From assembly GCA_047967505.1 (NCBI GenBank), contig CM106538.1: 64,000 bases of DNA; one strand, written 5' to 3'. The notes under the pieces are model-generated. The model worked only from the letters and a program-made list of their open reading frames with translations. It was not told the DNA's origin and searched no databases. The translations under genes and the position numbers were made by a program. Shown in pieces: positions 24,279 to 38,258 of the stretch. Position 1 is the first letter of the stretch; each line of letters starts with the position of its first letter. The stretch is from Dipteris shenzhenensis (lineage: Eukaryota).

Positions 24279-27200
24279 CTATATTGCTAATGGAAACCAT
24301 GTTGAAGGTATGCTCTATGTTAGAGGTGAAAGCATTAGTGATGGATGTTGGAATGGAATCACCTGAAGAGCTGAATGATGTATCTCCACATGTGGCTAGA
24401 GATGTGAGTGCCTCATACTGAGGACTTACCTATTGAATAAATGCATGATCATAGCTATACTCTATTGTGTATCTATAGCATTTGTGGCAAAAGATGGAGT
24501 CGGATCCATGCATGAAGATGATGGTTGTGCATCATAAGAATCATACTATGCTGATGTGATTGCCTCCTGTTGAGGGCTTACCAAGGAATGTGCATGATCA
24601 AAAATTGTAGGCTGATCCATGCTAGCATCTAGAACATCTGTGTCCACTCGCTCAAGACCAATGAGGCTTGATTCATCATTGTAAACTGGTACATGCCTTG
24701 TGGCAATGAATGATCGAAGTAGGTTCTCTTTCCAGTCACGGATCTCATCCAGAGTCATGATTGGTGTATCATCAACTATGTGATATGGATAACTCCATGC
24801 TGGAGGCCGGTCTGGTGCTCTGTGAAAGAGGCTTACTCATGTACCAACGAGAGTGTCTACCCAAGAGAACACTGTGTAAGAGCTGGCATTAAGGGGCTTA
24901 TGCTAAACAATCAAAACCAAGTCATGTGAGAACAAATGTGTACCAAGGATCAAGCTTGTCGTGAAATGATGACAACTACATGTCGAGCATAGCCAAGAGC
25001 CTATACAAGGCTGATGGATATGTGTGCAGGAACCAATGCCAAAAATAGTCAACAAATGTGACTGTACATGGGTGGCATACGTGCATGCAAGAGGAATGCA
25101 ACAATCATAAATCCGAGGAAGATCACTGCCAAGTGTCACAGATGTACGAAACTGCCAAATGTCGAGGGAACTAAACTGGTGTCAGATGTATGAATGTGAA
25201 TCACCAATGATAGATCCGATGGGACTGACATCGGTGGAAACTAATTGGGTACTTTGGCAATGGCTTACTTGGCATGGTGGAGATAGTGTTGCTAGTCTAT
25301 AGCTAGACTACATGTCGAAGTGCAAAATACAGCAAATGATTTTTATCTAGATTCATTTTATGTGCTAGGTACACTGCAATGGATCAAGAGGTGGTTTTGA
25401 TGATGAGGATTAAATTATTCTGGCCTCTAGAAAAGTCAAAAGGCAAATATGAGGTGCTCAACATGTAGAGCACAATCTGGTGATCATTTTTGCTTTTTGG
25501 ATCACTGCAAAACTCCCTTTGGATCAAAAGTTATGGCTCTCAGAAGGATGGCTAAATTTTGATCCCAAGACGGTGATCAAAATGATGATGTGGCACATGG
25601 TGATGTGGTAGTGTGACATGGCAATGGTGGTCCTATAGTGCTTTTAAGGTATGCCTGAGAAGAGAAAATAGTGCCTAGAAGGAGGTTGTGCCATGTGGCA
25701 TTGATGAGGTGGCCAAGCTGAGGTGGCAAGCTACTGAGGTGGACTTGGTGGTGTGGCAATGCCACATGTCTATTGATGTGGCAAGCTTCATGGCTTGATG
25801 ACAAGGCTACCTATCTGGCATATTGATGGCATGGCTTGTGATGATGTGGCATTGTCATGTGGATAGTGATAAGTAGACTAATGATGTGGCAGCAATCGAC
25901 CTACTGACATGGCATATTGGCACAGGTTTGCTTACGTGGTAGTTGATTACACATGGTGATGTGGTAGGTTGCCTATGGTGGTGATGCACTGGCACGGGGT
26001 GCTAATGTGGCCGGATGAGGTTGCCACGTGGATAGCCAAGTGATGTGGAAGAGGCTGGTGTACAGGTGTCAAGGTTTGGACTAGACCTTATCCTCACCTT
26101 ACCCTGCTCATTGGATTGCCACGTGTCCAAGGTAAGCTGGCCAATGGATAAGGCCACATATCACGTTTTGGGCTGTCGAAATCTTTTTGATTCAGATGGA
26201 ATCTTTAATATTTTGTCTACGGGTGGATAGGTTATCGTTTGAGGTTGGTGATTGTGTGAGGATCTCAGAGATGGGATGAGCCTTGGCTTGTGCATTGTGC
26301 CTTAGAGCTGCGTAGAGTTTGCTTTGAAGTCGCCGTCTGATGGAGTCGGTCGGGTCATTTGCATGGTGGCTTGGTGTCGTGAGCTTGTTGAAGACTCCGC
26401 TTGAAGGCGTGTGTTGATGGGAGAGACATAGTGTAGGGTGCTAGTGGCTATGGCTCTGTGACATTGGAGCGCCTCACGAGCTGTCTGTTGTGGAGGCCGA
26501 TGTGGAGGAGACCGATGTTATGGGCTTACTTGCTATCATTCGAGTTGATGAAGGAGCTTTGGAGGCTGCATTTTGGAGAGCCATGGTGAGAGAACCATTG
26601 ATGCTTGCCCTATATGGGCAGTCATCAGTGGAGACCCGTGAGCTAGAGCTATGAAGGTAGAGGCATCGAGCGTTGAAGTTGTTGTAGGGGCTGATGATGG
26701 CTGGTTGCATCCATTGAGGAAGGCATGAACTTGATAGCAGCGTCTGTGACAAGCTTGTTACTGCTCTATGGTCAGAGGAGCCGCTGGGTTTGTCGCAGGG
26801 TTGCAGGTCGATGGGCCATAGAAGGCACCGACTGTTGGAGTTGCAAGGCTTGAGCAGCGTCGCTGGACAATCATTGTTAGGTCGAGTTGAAGGGCAACTC
26901 ATTTGCTGCATGAAGTCGTGGCCTAGCTATAGGAGTCATGGGTTGAGCTTTGGAGGGCTCTCTGAAGGATACTTGGAGCCTTATAGCAACAAGTTAGCCC
27001 AAGAGCTGTTGGTCTCCTCTTGAGAGCTTTGGAGCTCGCTGCTTGTGAAGTAGCTGGAGAGTAGAAAGATTCTCTTCCTGCCTTTAGAACTCCTTTGACC
27101 TCTCTCTTCTCTGTCTCTCTATTGACACCACAGATGCAGCTGGAGTAGTTTTTTGAGACTCAAGGATGCTTCAAAAACCTAGTGTCTCTCTCCTTCTCTC

Positions 27201-30200
27201 TTTCAAGAAACCTTACACCTCTGATGAACCTTACAAACTCACATAAAACTCACTCAAGAATGAACATAATCACTCAAGATAAGATATCTCAAGCTCTAGG
27301 AAGCGAATTCCTAAGCTTTTTGAAGCAAATTGAAGGGTGAAAGGAGCTCTACAAGATGAAAGGTTTGGAAGGGAAATGAATGGTGGAAGAGATGTTTGAA
27401 ATTCCTTGCCCTATTGATTCGTTCATTCTTCAAAAGATTCTAACCACGAGTAGGTGGGGAAATAGAGTAGCAAGGTTTTGAATCTTGACATTATTGCTAC
27501 AACGATTTCCATATGCTGCCAAGATGGTAAAGGTTTTCATCAAATGTAGTTCCACTAGCATAGCCACATAACAATGCATAGGTGAGAAAGCAAAATTGGT
27601 GTGATCACTAGGTTTATCCTCACTCTCTTTAATGCTTTGAGGATTCTTTTGAATGTTTATTGATGCCTCCACTGCTAATACTTTCAACTCTGAGAATTCT
27701 TACGAGAGTTTCTTCAAAATAGAGAATATGATGAAGATACCTCAGACAGAGGGCTTATGCCTTGATAGAACGAGGTCTTAACTCTCTCGTAACAAAATAC
27801 TCTCACACAAAGATGAACCTCGTGAATCTCACTCTCGGGGATGGAGGATGCCTTGCAGAAGGAGGGCTTGGTGCCTTGACAAGATGCAAGGGCTTGGCTA
27901 GTGCTCTGATACCATGAGAATGGAAGAGAGAGACAAACACACAGACAAACAAACAGACAGATAGATAGACAGATGATATACCTACTTATACACTAAGTTA
28001 TATTGAACATGAACATGAATATATACATGCAAACCCCTTAGGGTTAGGGCTAGGGTTTGCCCCTATTGCCCTAGAGGTATGGTGCAATTTACACCATCCT
28101 CAACAATTGATCCCTTCCTTTTTCCTATCTTGGATTACAATGTGATGTGTGATGTGAGTGTATTCATTCTTATATCAAAGAAGGAGGGTAAAAGTGTTTT
28201 CTTTCCCATATTACATCAACATGATATTTTGTCCCTTTTGTCACATCAAGAGTTTTGCATGAGTGGTGTGAGAAAGTATGTGTTTTTGCCCATCACATGA
28301 CATGATAGTTTTTTCCTCTTGTCATTGAGAGTTTTTCATAAGAGATGTGAGTATGAAAATGTGCAAGATGTATTTATGATATTTACCCTACTTGCTAAGT
28401 TGCAATTTATGTGAGAAGGGTGGTATGCCTCTTCCTTAACAAAGTGAGCAAGCCCTTATTTCTCTAACAAGAAGTCAAGAATGTGTGAATTTTGATTACC
28501 CCCAACTTCATGTCACTTTGTTCGGGTTCTATGATTGCATTACTAGTAGGACTAAAAATTGGCACAATTCTCATTAAATAATTATGCCTTATTTGATTAT
28601 ATTTACATGTAGCCATTTCCACATATCAAATCTCAAGATTCATGGATGTTGTTATTATGAGAAGGTAACATAAATGCAAGCATGGAACTAAGAATAGAAT
28701 TTACTACACTACAAGGCACTCTCATTAAGAAAACAACCTAAGTGCACTTTTGGGTTTTGGGACACACATCTAGTCATGATAGAAAGGAGTATAGATAAAT
28801 TGGTTGGAATGAATAAGGCAAGAAATCATTCCCAATTTCTATGATGATATCTAAAGACATACTTTAATTTACACTTGGAATCAATTCTAGTCCACATGAC
28901 ATAAATGTAGGCCTTACAAGATGTAAGAATGGCTCAAAAGTCAATCTCATAGAAGCAAGCAGAGAAAATCTAGGGCTTGAGTGTGGATAGTCTATTTAAA
29001 TGAGTGCATGATGGGATATGAAAGGGAAACCAAGATGGCAGAAATGGTAGACAACCAAAACAAATGGGTATTATGATACTTTTGGAGATCAAAGTGCGAT
29101 GTACCAATTCTTGCCCCCTTATATTGTTAAGTCCATGTCCTTCTTCTAATCTATCTTATTCATATGTCAAAGGACATGTTGCTATACATGGACTTGTATA
29201 CTTCATATGACATACCATACAAATGTTTTTCCTTGCCATTGGAAAATTGATAGCTCATAATAAATGTGACTACATGACAATATTTGGTTGATGAAGAATA
29301 ATGCAATAACACAAGCCCATGATATGTTTGTAGAACGAATCCTTAACCACATAAGAGTATCTCGAACCACATATCCAGGGGAGGGGGAGGGGTGAAACTT
29401 GAGAGGAGAAACCAAAATCAACATACCTAGAAAACAAACTTCTCTTTTGGATCCAGGTATGTCTCCTCACTCTAATGGATGCCTCTCTAGCCCAAGAAGA
29501 GAGGGATAGGTGGTTGTAACTTTTGGAGGTCCACTGGAAGCTTGAGAGAGATGAATGAAAGTGACACGGTTTGAATTTTGGATTGTAGCTCATTTTTTCC
29601 AAGCATTGAAAGAGGTTTCACCCATCTTGGTACTTGACTTTTTATGGGCTATGATAATTGACATGATTGGAAACGTGGATTTTTGGAGAATTAAATATTC
29701 CCCTAAAGATTCATGTTCAAGAACACCCCACATGGCAACATGTTATGGGAATGCATAGAAATTCAAGGATCCCAAAGATTTGGTCATTAGTCAAATTTGG
29801 AGTGATGATTGTTTGTTATGCATCCTATTAATGCTTAAAGGCCATTTAGCCTTGACAAGGTTTCCATTGGAACCTAGGTTGGCCAAATGGTCATTAAGAA
29901 GATAATCCTTGTTGGCATGCTAGAGGTTATACCATTATCTAAACTAAGCATCCAAAGGATGCTAAGTGATGATTTTACATAACTATAGGTCGCACGATTG
30001 AGAGATCCTAATAAATTCCTTGACCCATAGAACAAGTCTAGCTAAAGGATGCTAGAAGAGAATGAATTTTTGGAAGATATTGAACATTGATAAAGAGGAA
30101 TTCATTTTTAGGACACACTGAACAATTCCTGAGAATCTATCCAAGGGCTAGATAGCATGACCATTGAATTATAAATGGCCATGGCCCATTGGGGAACTAT

Positions 30201-31501
30201 TATTCAAGGATCTTGCTTATATTTGCAAATTTATGACCAGCAAAATGTTATAAAGGGGATGACCACTAATGGATCCCATAGTAGCCAGTAGATCAACTCC
30301 AAAGCTAGTAAAATACAAGCCAATGTTGTTGCCAAATGCCTAGACATACACTAGGATCTAAGAAATGGCTACTCTTAGTTGATTATGCTAACATGGAAAC
30401 TGACCCACATAGGCATTGAGAGTTATCATCCTTAAAGATTAATAACATCTCAAAAATTGAGGTTGACAATCATGTTAGGGCATTGTCACCGGGTAGCACT
30501 CTCTCTTTGATGAAGTGCTCTCTGACATCAATGTGCTTTGTCCTTATACTAGATTCTTGGCCAATGCTTGAGCTGATTGATTATCACAATATATTTTGTT
30601 GGCTTTGATTCATCAAAGTAATCTATTTCTGACAATAATGTTCTAAGCCATATAGCCTCACATGCAGCTATTGTGAGTGCCCTATATTCTGCTTTAGTTG
30701 AAGACAAAGAAACGGTTGGTTGTTTGTTTAACAACCATGATATAGAACCTTTACTAGGGAAAAGTGCATATCCTTGTGTAGATCTCTTGGTCTCATGATC
30801 TCCTACATAGTCACTGTCATAGTATCCGTGCAACCTTGGATGACTTCCTCTGTATTCTATTCCAAACTACCTTGTACCTCTAATGTATCTCAAGACTCTC
30901 TTGGCTGCATTCCAGTGAGACTGTTTTGGATTTGCCATAAACTGTGCAAGTGAACTTACTGCATAACAAATATCTAGTAGTGTGATAGTCAGATATATAA
31001 GAGATCCGATGACTTACCGATAGTACTTGTCGTTGACTGTAGGCTTTTCTGGATATTTGGTAGGTTTCAAAATCTATTCCATTGGAGTGTTGCAATCTTG
31101 CAATCATCCCTATGAGACTTCTTTAGGAGACTGTCAACATATTTTTGCTAGCTCATGAAGGTGCTGTGTCCGAGACTCTCCAGAACTTAATACCAAGAGA
31201 ATAATGTGTAAGTCCAAGACCTTTCATGTCTAACTCTATAGATAAGTCTTGTTTCATTTTGTTGATGAAACTATCATTACTTCTTGTCACAATGAGATCA
31301 TCTACATACAAAAGTGCAATAGTAATATCTTTCCCTTGAACTTTGTAGTAGAGAGTATGATCTGCATTGGACTTCATGTATCCCACATTAGTAAAATACT
31401 TGGTCGATTTTGCTATACCAACTTCTAGGTGCCATAGAGACTTTTCTTAAGATGGCAAACCTGATGCTCTTAACATACTCTACTAGTTGTTGTATGTAGA
31501 C

Positions 31502-34500
31502 TGTTAAATTACACGACGCAGCAGAACAGAAACTGAACAAAGAATAAAGAGTACATAGCAAACTAGAGATGAACAAAATTTTCCTTCAATACTGATGTAG
31601 TACAGATGATGGCTCCGTCTACCCATGCACTCCCATAGGTGGAGCTTAGATGGTGATCTAGATAGATACTAGGTGAAGAGCTACTAGCTGGAAGATTTTT
31701 GCTAGAAGATCTGATCTGATCTAATCTGAACTGATTTGATGCAATGGACTGGGGAGGTTGCCTCTTTATAGCTATGAGGGCGGTAGTCGGATCAACGTAG
31801 TCAGTGAAACCGACCAGTCAACCTAGTCGGTGAAGCCGACCAGTCATCCTAGTCAGTGGAACCGACTAGTCGTCCATGGAATATTTAAGGAATATTCCCT
31901 ATACTATCGCCTTGAGGGCTCTCGCCCCTGAACCCCCAGGCCCCAGCAAGAATAAGGGGCTCCCACATAATAACCTTTCTATCATCAACGGTCTCATTGA
32001 TAGACCTCATCTGGCATGCAACCATCTAGTGTCCCAAGCTCACACATGGCTTCTCCTTATATGGGGGCCTTACAGCTTGAGCACCTTGGACCACTGGTGG
32101 TTACGAGGAGGGTGGGGCATTGAGCATAAATAACACTCCTCTCAATGTCCATCTGTAGGAACTACTTCTCGGCCCAATGCCAAGTCTCTGAAGATGACCC
32201 TGAAGCTGATCCTTCCCGAGTGCCTTAGTGAAGATATCTGCTCCATTTTGCTCTATTGGTGGACAGTAGACCAATTCCACTATCCCGTCCTCGATCAAAT
32301 CATGCACATAGTGATACTGAATCTCTATATGTTTTGTGCATGCATGAAACACTCGATTTTTAGCAATGGCCATGCAACTTTGATTGTTGCACCTCAGCAC
32401 AGTTGCCTCATCCTCTTGCACTCCCATGTCCCATAAGATCCTCCTCAGCCACACAACTTCACATCCGGTGAAACATGTTGCCTTGTACTCAGCCTCGGTA
32501 GAAGACAATACCACTGTTGGTTATTTCTTACTGATCCAAGAGAAGATACCTGAACCTAAAGAGAAAATATCCAAAAACTTATTTCCTAGAATCAACATCT
32601 CCAGCCCCCAATCTGAGTCACAATGACTAGCCAAGTGCCCGTACCATAAGTGATGCCATAGTCAAGAGTGCCCTTCACATACCTAAGCACCCGCATCCTT
32701 GCATTTTAATGATTCTCCCGGGGCTTAACACCAACAGCAAAACTGATGTCCTTTCTAGTGTTGCACAAATAGATGAGACTACCGACCAACTTCCTGTACC
32801 TCCCGATGTCTGCTAGTGGTGAGGCATCCTCCATAGACAGCCTTGCATTTACCTCCATAGGTGTAGCTATCGCCTTGCACTCGAACATACCAAATGCCTT
32901 CAAGATCTCCCTTGCATATTTCTGCTAAGAGATGAAGATCTTGCCTGGTTCTTACCAGACTTCAATCCCCAAATAGTAGTGCATCAAGCCTAAGTCTGTC
33001 ATCTCACACTCAATACTTAATGCCTTTCTTGTCTACTAGATCATGTCTTCATAGTCACCTGTAATAAGGAGAGATCATCCACATATAGAACAATAATAGC
33101 AAATTTTCCACCTTTCCTATACACATACAAGTTAGCATCTGAGGCACATCTTTTGAAGTTTAATTATGAAAAAATTTGTCTATCCATTGGTACCATGCTT
33201 TTGGGGCCTGTTTCAGCCCATACAAAGGCTTCTTGAGCTTACATACCTTGTACTCAGAATGGGGGGCCTCAAACCCTGGTGGCTGAGCCACGTACACCTC
33301 CTCCTTGAGGTGACCATTCAAGAATGCTGATTTAACAGCTCCCAAGTTTCATTCTTCATGATGCTATCATAATCTACTTGCATAGCATTTTTCCAATCTC
33401 AGTCTACAAGTGCTTCCTCCAAACTCGCAGGCTCCTTTACTTCTGCAATAATCTCAGCCATCAAGGCCATATTGACTATGTGAGCAGAAGCCCTCCTTTT
33501 CTCCTTGATTCTCTGAGACCACCTTTGGTCCATCTGCATGTTGCTCAATAGACATAGGCATCTAGTTATCATGGTCGTAGAGTTGCCTTATCCATCGCAG
33601 CAATGGCTTTTCCGGTGGTGTAACAACAGGTTGGTGACTTATACCTTCATCATCTGATATTTTCTCCTTTATAGCTCCTGGGACAGGTCCATAGTGAATT
33701 ACCTCTTCACTTGATGATAAAGTGGAAGAGCTCTTCTCTGCCTCCACTATATGTGGCTACTCCCTCAACACCACATCGCGGCTTGCTATGATCTTCTTTG
33801 CCTCTCCGTCATACAACTTATAGGCTTTCTTCTCATCATAATAGCCTAAGAAGATACATTTGGTGCTTTTTTGTTGTAGCTTATTTCTCTCTTTGTCTGG
33901 TACATGCGCATAGCATTCACACCCAAACGTTTTGAAGTGGGAGACAGATGGCTTCTTATCGTTGTAAGCCTCATGTGGTGTTTTACCTTTGAGTGCCTTT
34001 GTACAGTTATGATTAAGGATGTAAACTGCAGTATTGACAGCCTCAGCCCAAAAATGGTTTGGCAGTCCAGCACCTTTTAACGTACACCTCCCCATCTCCA
34101 CATTGGTCTGCATTCGGCATTCAACAACTAAATTTTACTGAGGCGTATGTGGTGTCATCATTTGTCGCTTGATCCTTTTGCTCTTGCAAAAATCTCCAAA
34201 CTCTGTAGAAACAAACTCACCACCACCATCCGATCTGATGTTCTTCACTTTTCTCCCTGTTTCATTTTCAACAAGCTATAGCCATTCTTTCAATTTACCA
34301 AAAGCTTGAGCCTTTTTGCAAAGAAAGTACACCCATATCTTCCTACTATAGTCATTGACAATCAATAAAAAATAGGAAGATCCCCCCAAGGCCTGTGTAG
34401 GCATCTTACCGCACAAGTCAACATGCACCAACTCTAGAGGAGTGTTTGCTTTATTCTTGCTTTCTTGTGGGAATGCCTTTCTCTGTTGCTTGCCCATCAT

Positions 34501-36314
34501 GCAAGCTCCACATCGTTCTTTGATTTCTACTGTAGGTAAGTGAGCAACCATACCTTGCTTCTGCATCTCCTTCAGCATTGCAAATCCGATGTGGCCAAAT
34601 CTTTCGTGCCAAAGTCTGCTTGTGCCCACTCCAGCAGTGGCTGTAAGAGCACTTAGGTCATATAGGTTGTTCCTCCTTACTCCTGTGCCAACAAGATTGC
34701 CAACACTATCCAGAATTCTTGCTCCTGTCTTGTTGAACCTTACCTCATGGTCAAGGTCAGTTATGGGAGCAACTGATAGCAAATTTCTCTTGATTTGTGG
34801 AACATACAGCACATTAGATAGTTTCTTAACATGTCCATTTATAGAAACAAATGAAACTATACCTATACCCTCAACAGGGCATTTTGTGTTATTTCCAACC
34901 GTCACAGTGATGGGTTCCTATAGAGGCTGCATGGAACAATATAGACCCTTCTTGTAGGTCATGTGATGGGAGGCACCACTATTCAACACCCATGAATCAG
35001 TGGTTGATGCTTCTTGAACTGAGGAACACTCTTCCTCAATGGCCAGAAATAGATTCAACTTTGCTTTTGCTATGTTAGCTGTCTCTTTCCCCTTATCTAT
35101 CTTCTTCAGGGTACCGTTCTTTTCATCTACTTTCTTGACCTAGCAATCTGCAATCACGTGGCCCTTCTTCTTGCAGTAGAAGCATTCTCTCTCAAACTTC
35201 TTCTCGCCACCCTTCTTCTTTTTGTCACCACTAGTAGAGGACTCACCTTTGGTGGAGGAACCATGTTTGCCTTTCGCAGTGGCAGAGAACGCGGCATCCC
35301 CATTGCTGCCTCCATCTCGAGCTTTAAGCCTCAATTCCTCCTCCATAAGTAAAGCACAGAACTCCTCAAATGACAATACCTGAGTGTTAAGCGCTGTTAC
35401 CAGTCCATCAAACCTTGATGGACATATCCGGAGACATTGCTGAGCTATGAATCCAGAATAGTAGTAATTTTAAACTTCCACAGAGTGTAGTTCGTACCAT
35501 CTAGCTTGCCTTCAGTGAAGGTTGGTGGGTGAATCCTCAACACCTGGATTGTTGGTGCAGTAGCAAAGCTACTAAACTCGAGCCAGTTCCTGTTGCCATC
35601 ACTCCATATGCTGTTGAAGCCCTCGCCTCTCTTCTATTCTTCGATCCTTAGAGCCGTCTGGTGGGCTTTGATACCATGTTAAATTACACGGTGCAGTGGA
35701 ACAGAAACTGAACAAAGAATAAAGAGTACACATCAAATTGGAGACGAACAAAATTTTCCTTCAATATTGATGTAGTATTGATGATGGCTCTGTCCACCCG
35801 TGCGCTCCCATAGGTGGAGCTTAGATGGCGATCTAGACAGATACTAGGTGAAGAGCTACTAGTTGGAAGATCTCTGTTGGAAGGTCTGATCTGATCTGAA
35901 CTGATCTGATGCAATGGACTAGGGAGGTTGCCTCTTTATAGCTATGAGGGTGGTAATCGGATCAACGTAGTTGGTAGAACCGACTAGTCAACCTAGTCAA
36001 TGAAGTTGACTAGTCAACCTAGTCGGTGGAACTGACTAGTCATCCATGAAATATTCAAGAAATATTCCCTATACTGTCGCCTCGGCACTAGGGGGGCCGC
36101 TAGCCCCCAGGCCCCAGCAAGAATAAGGGGCTCCCACACAATAACCTTTCTACCATCAACGGTCTCATTGATAGACCTCATCTAACATGCAAGTCAGGAT
36201 CCATCCAGTGTCTCGGGCTCACACATGGCTTCTCCTCCTATGGGGGCCTTATAGCTTGAGCACCTTGGACCACTTGTGGTTACTAGGAGAGTGGGGCATT
36301 GAGCATATCTAACA
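31502..36314 (-). mobile_element. Copia element B, nested in the RT of element A; TSD TAGAC/TACAC
   Basis: LTRs 31502-32135 and 35677-36314; PBS gctttgatacca at 35665-35676; PPT gagaggag; degenerate gag-pol with internal deletions. Confidence 0.92.
32150..35610 (-). pseudogene. Copia gag-pol of element B
   Basis: [74 protein letters not shown]; multiple stops and frameshifts. Confidence 0.9.
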
Positions 36315-37973
36315 TACACTTCCTCGTCTAGGTAACCATTGAGGAAAGCATTCTTGACATCTAGCTAGTACACATTCCTTCTGCTAAATGTTGCTAGTGA
36401 TATTAAAAATCTTTTGGAATCCATGTTTGCTACTACTAGAGCATAAGTCTCATCATAATCTTGACAATATTGTTGTGCAAATCCTTTTGCAACAAATCTA
36501 GCTTTGTACCTTTTATTCCTTCCATCTAGATTATACTTTGCTTTCTAAAGCCATTTTTTTACTATGGCCTTCTATCCTAATGGAAGGTCACATAATTCCC
36601 AAGTATTGTTTTGTACAAAGCTACCATTTCTTCATTCATAGCAGTTTGCCATTCTGGCTTGTCAACTGTGTCTTCAAAGTACATTGCTCTTCTGTAGCCA
36701 TGATGCTAGTCATAAGAGCATAATTGGCCATTTCAATCTTAATTGCTTTGCCTTTCTAAGCATCTATTAACCTGGTTGGTGCTTTTTTTTCCCTAGTAGA
36801 CCGTCTGAGTTGCTCTTCTCAAGGTATCTTTGGCAATTCTTGCTCTTCTTCATCAACCTTTTTTGTAGGTGACTGAGTAATCTATGTGTTTATCTCCTAT
36901 GTATTTGATGTTTTCCATTCTGATTCTTCATCAAATATTACATCTCTAGAGATAATGACTTTTTGGTTGATGGGATGTGGGCATATGCTATGCAACCAAA
37001 TATGCAAAGATGACCAATGCATGGCTTCTATCCAAAGAATGCTTCATAGGGTGTCATATCTTGAATCGGTTCAGTCAGAAGCCAATTAAGCAAGTAGTTT
37101 GTAATGGCAATTGCTTCTACCTAATATTGATTTAGAGGATGCTTCTCAGTGAGCGTTGCTCTAGCACTGTTTGCTCATGCATCATTCTTCCTTTCAGCTC
37201 TTGCATTCTGCTGAGAGGTATCTACATAAGTGAATTGTCTTTGAATGCCAGTACTTTTACAAAAGTTCATGAATGATGAAGTGTTAGGCATGTATTCACT
37301 GCCTTTATTTGATCTCATGACTTTGATTTTTATGCATGTCTGGTTCTCAACCATGGCTTTGAATTCTTGAAATTTGGAAAACAATTCAGATTTCTCTTTC
37401 AAAAAGTAGACCCAACAATATTTGTTGTAGTCATCGATGAAAGTCAAGTTATAAAGTGAACCATTGATGCCGTGGGTCTGGGCATAGCCCCTTACATCTG
37501 TATGTATCATATCAATAATACCTCTTACTCAGGAGGTGCTTCTACTAAAATTGGCTCTCTTTTGTTTACCAAAGCAACATGCTGTGTAAATTTTCCAAGA
37601 GACCGTATTTTTGGAATTCCAATTGCCATATTCTGATTTCTTAGCTGCATCAAGCTTTTGAAATTTACATGTCCATGTCTCTTGTGCCATATTGCAAAAA
37701 GTGGCATCGGTTGTTGCTGAGCTGACATGGCATGAAAATTTGGTACTGAAGCTAGTATTCTGAATTAGCATCCATCCTTGACTGCTTTTCCTACTAGAGT
37801 TGATATCCTCTGGATTTGTCTCTGTAACTGTGTTCTATCATTTTTCAAACTGACAAGAGGTTTTTGCTGATCTTCAAAACATAGAGTACACCTTTCACTA
37901 ATCCTTTAGTACCAGTGAAATTGTTCATAGGGACAATGCATTTTCCTTAAACTAGATTCAGTGTGTTATTTGC

Positions 37974-38258
37974 CATGTAGATAACATTCTTTTGTCCTTC
38001 TAATGGTTTCATCTTTGTGAACCATTCCTGAGGCTTTGTATTATGAGATGATGTGCCACTATCGATGTACCAAGGATCTTGATCTAATTGATCAACTTGA
38101 TAACTACATTGTGTTATTTTCCATGTAGATAACATTCTTTTTTCCTTCTAATGGTTTTATCTCTGTGAACCATTGCTGATGCTTTGTTATATGAGATGAT
38201 GTGTTGTTGTCGATGTACCAAGGATCTTGATCTGATTGATCAACTTGATAACTACATT
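37974..38258. repeat. ~148-bp tandem duplication of the protease segment of element A
   Basis: catgtagataacattc...cgatgtaccaaggatcttgatct...actacatt occurs twice, directly beside the element C insertion. Confidence 0.8.

Larger units (their letters stand above)
20700..28105 (-). mobile_element. Large apparently non-coding LTR element remnant; 5' LTR at 27915-28105, PBS at 27903-27914; 3' end not found
   Basis: gctctgatacca (tRNA-iMet PBS, minus) abuts TGAGAA...CTCAACA; tggca/gccacgtg-rich leader at 25560-26170; no recognisable coding domains; left boundary approximate. Confidence 0.55.

Noticed and set aside
28300-30400. Continuation of a Gypsy pol
   Set aside because: Too degenerate; no RT or integrase motif could be read confidently
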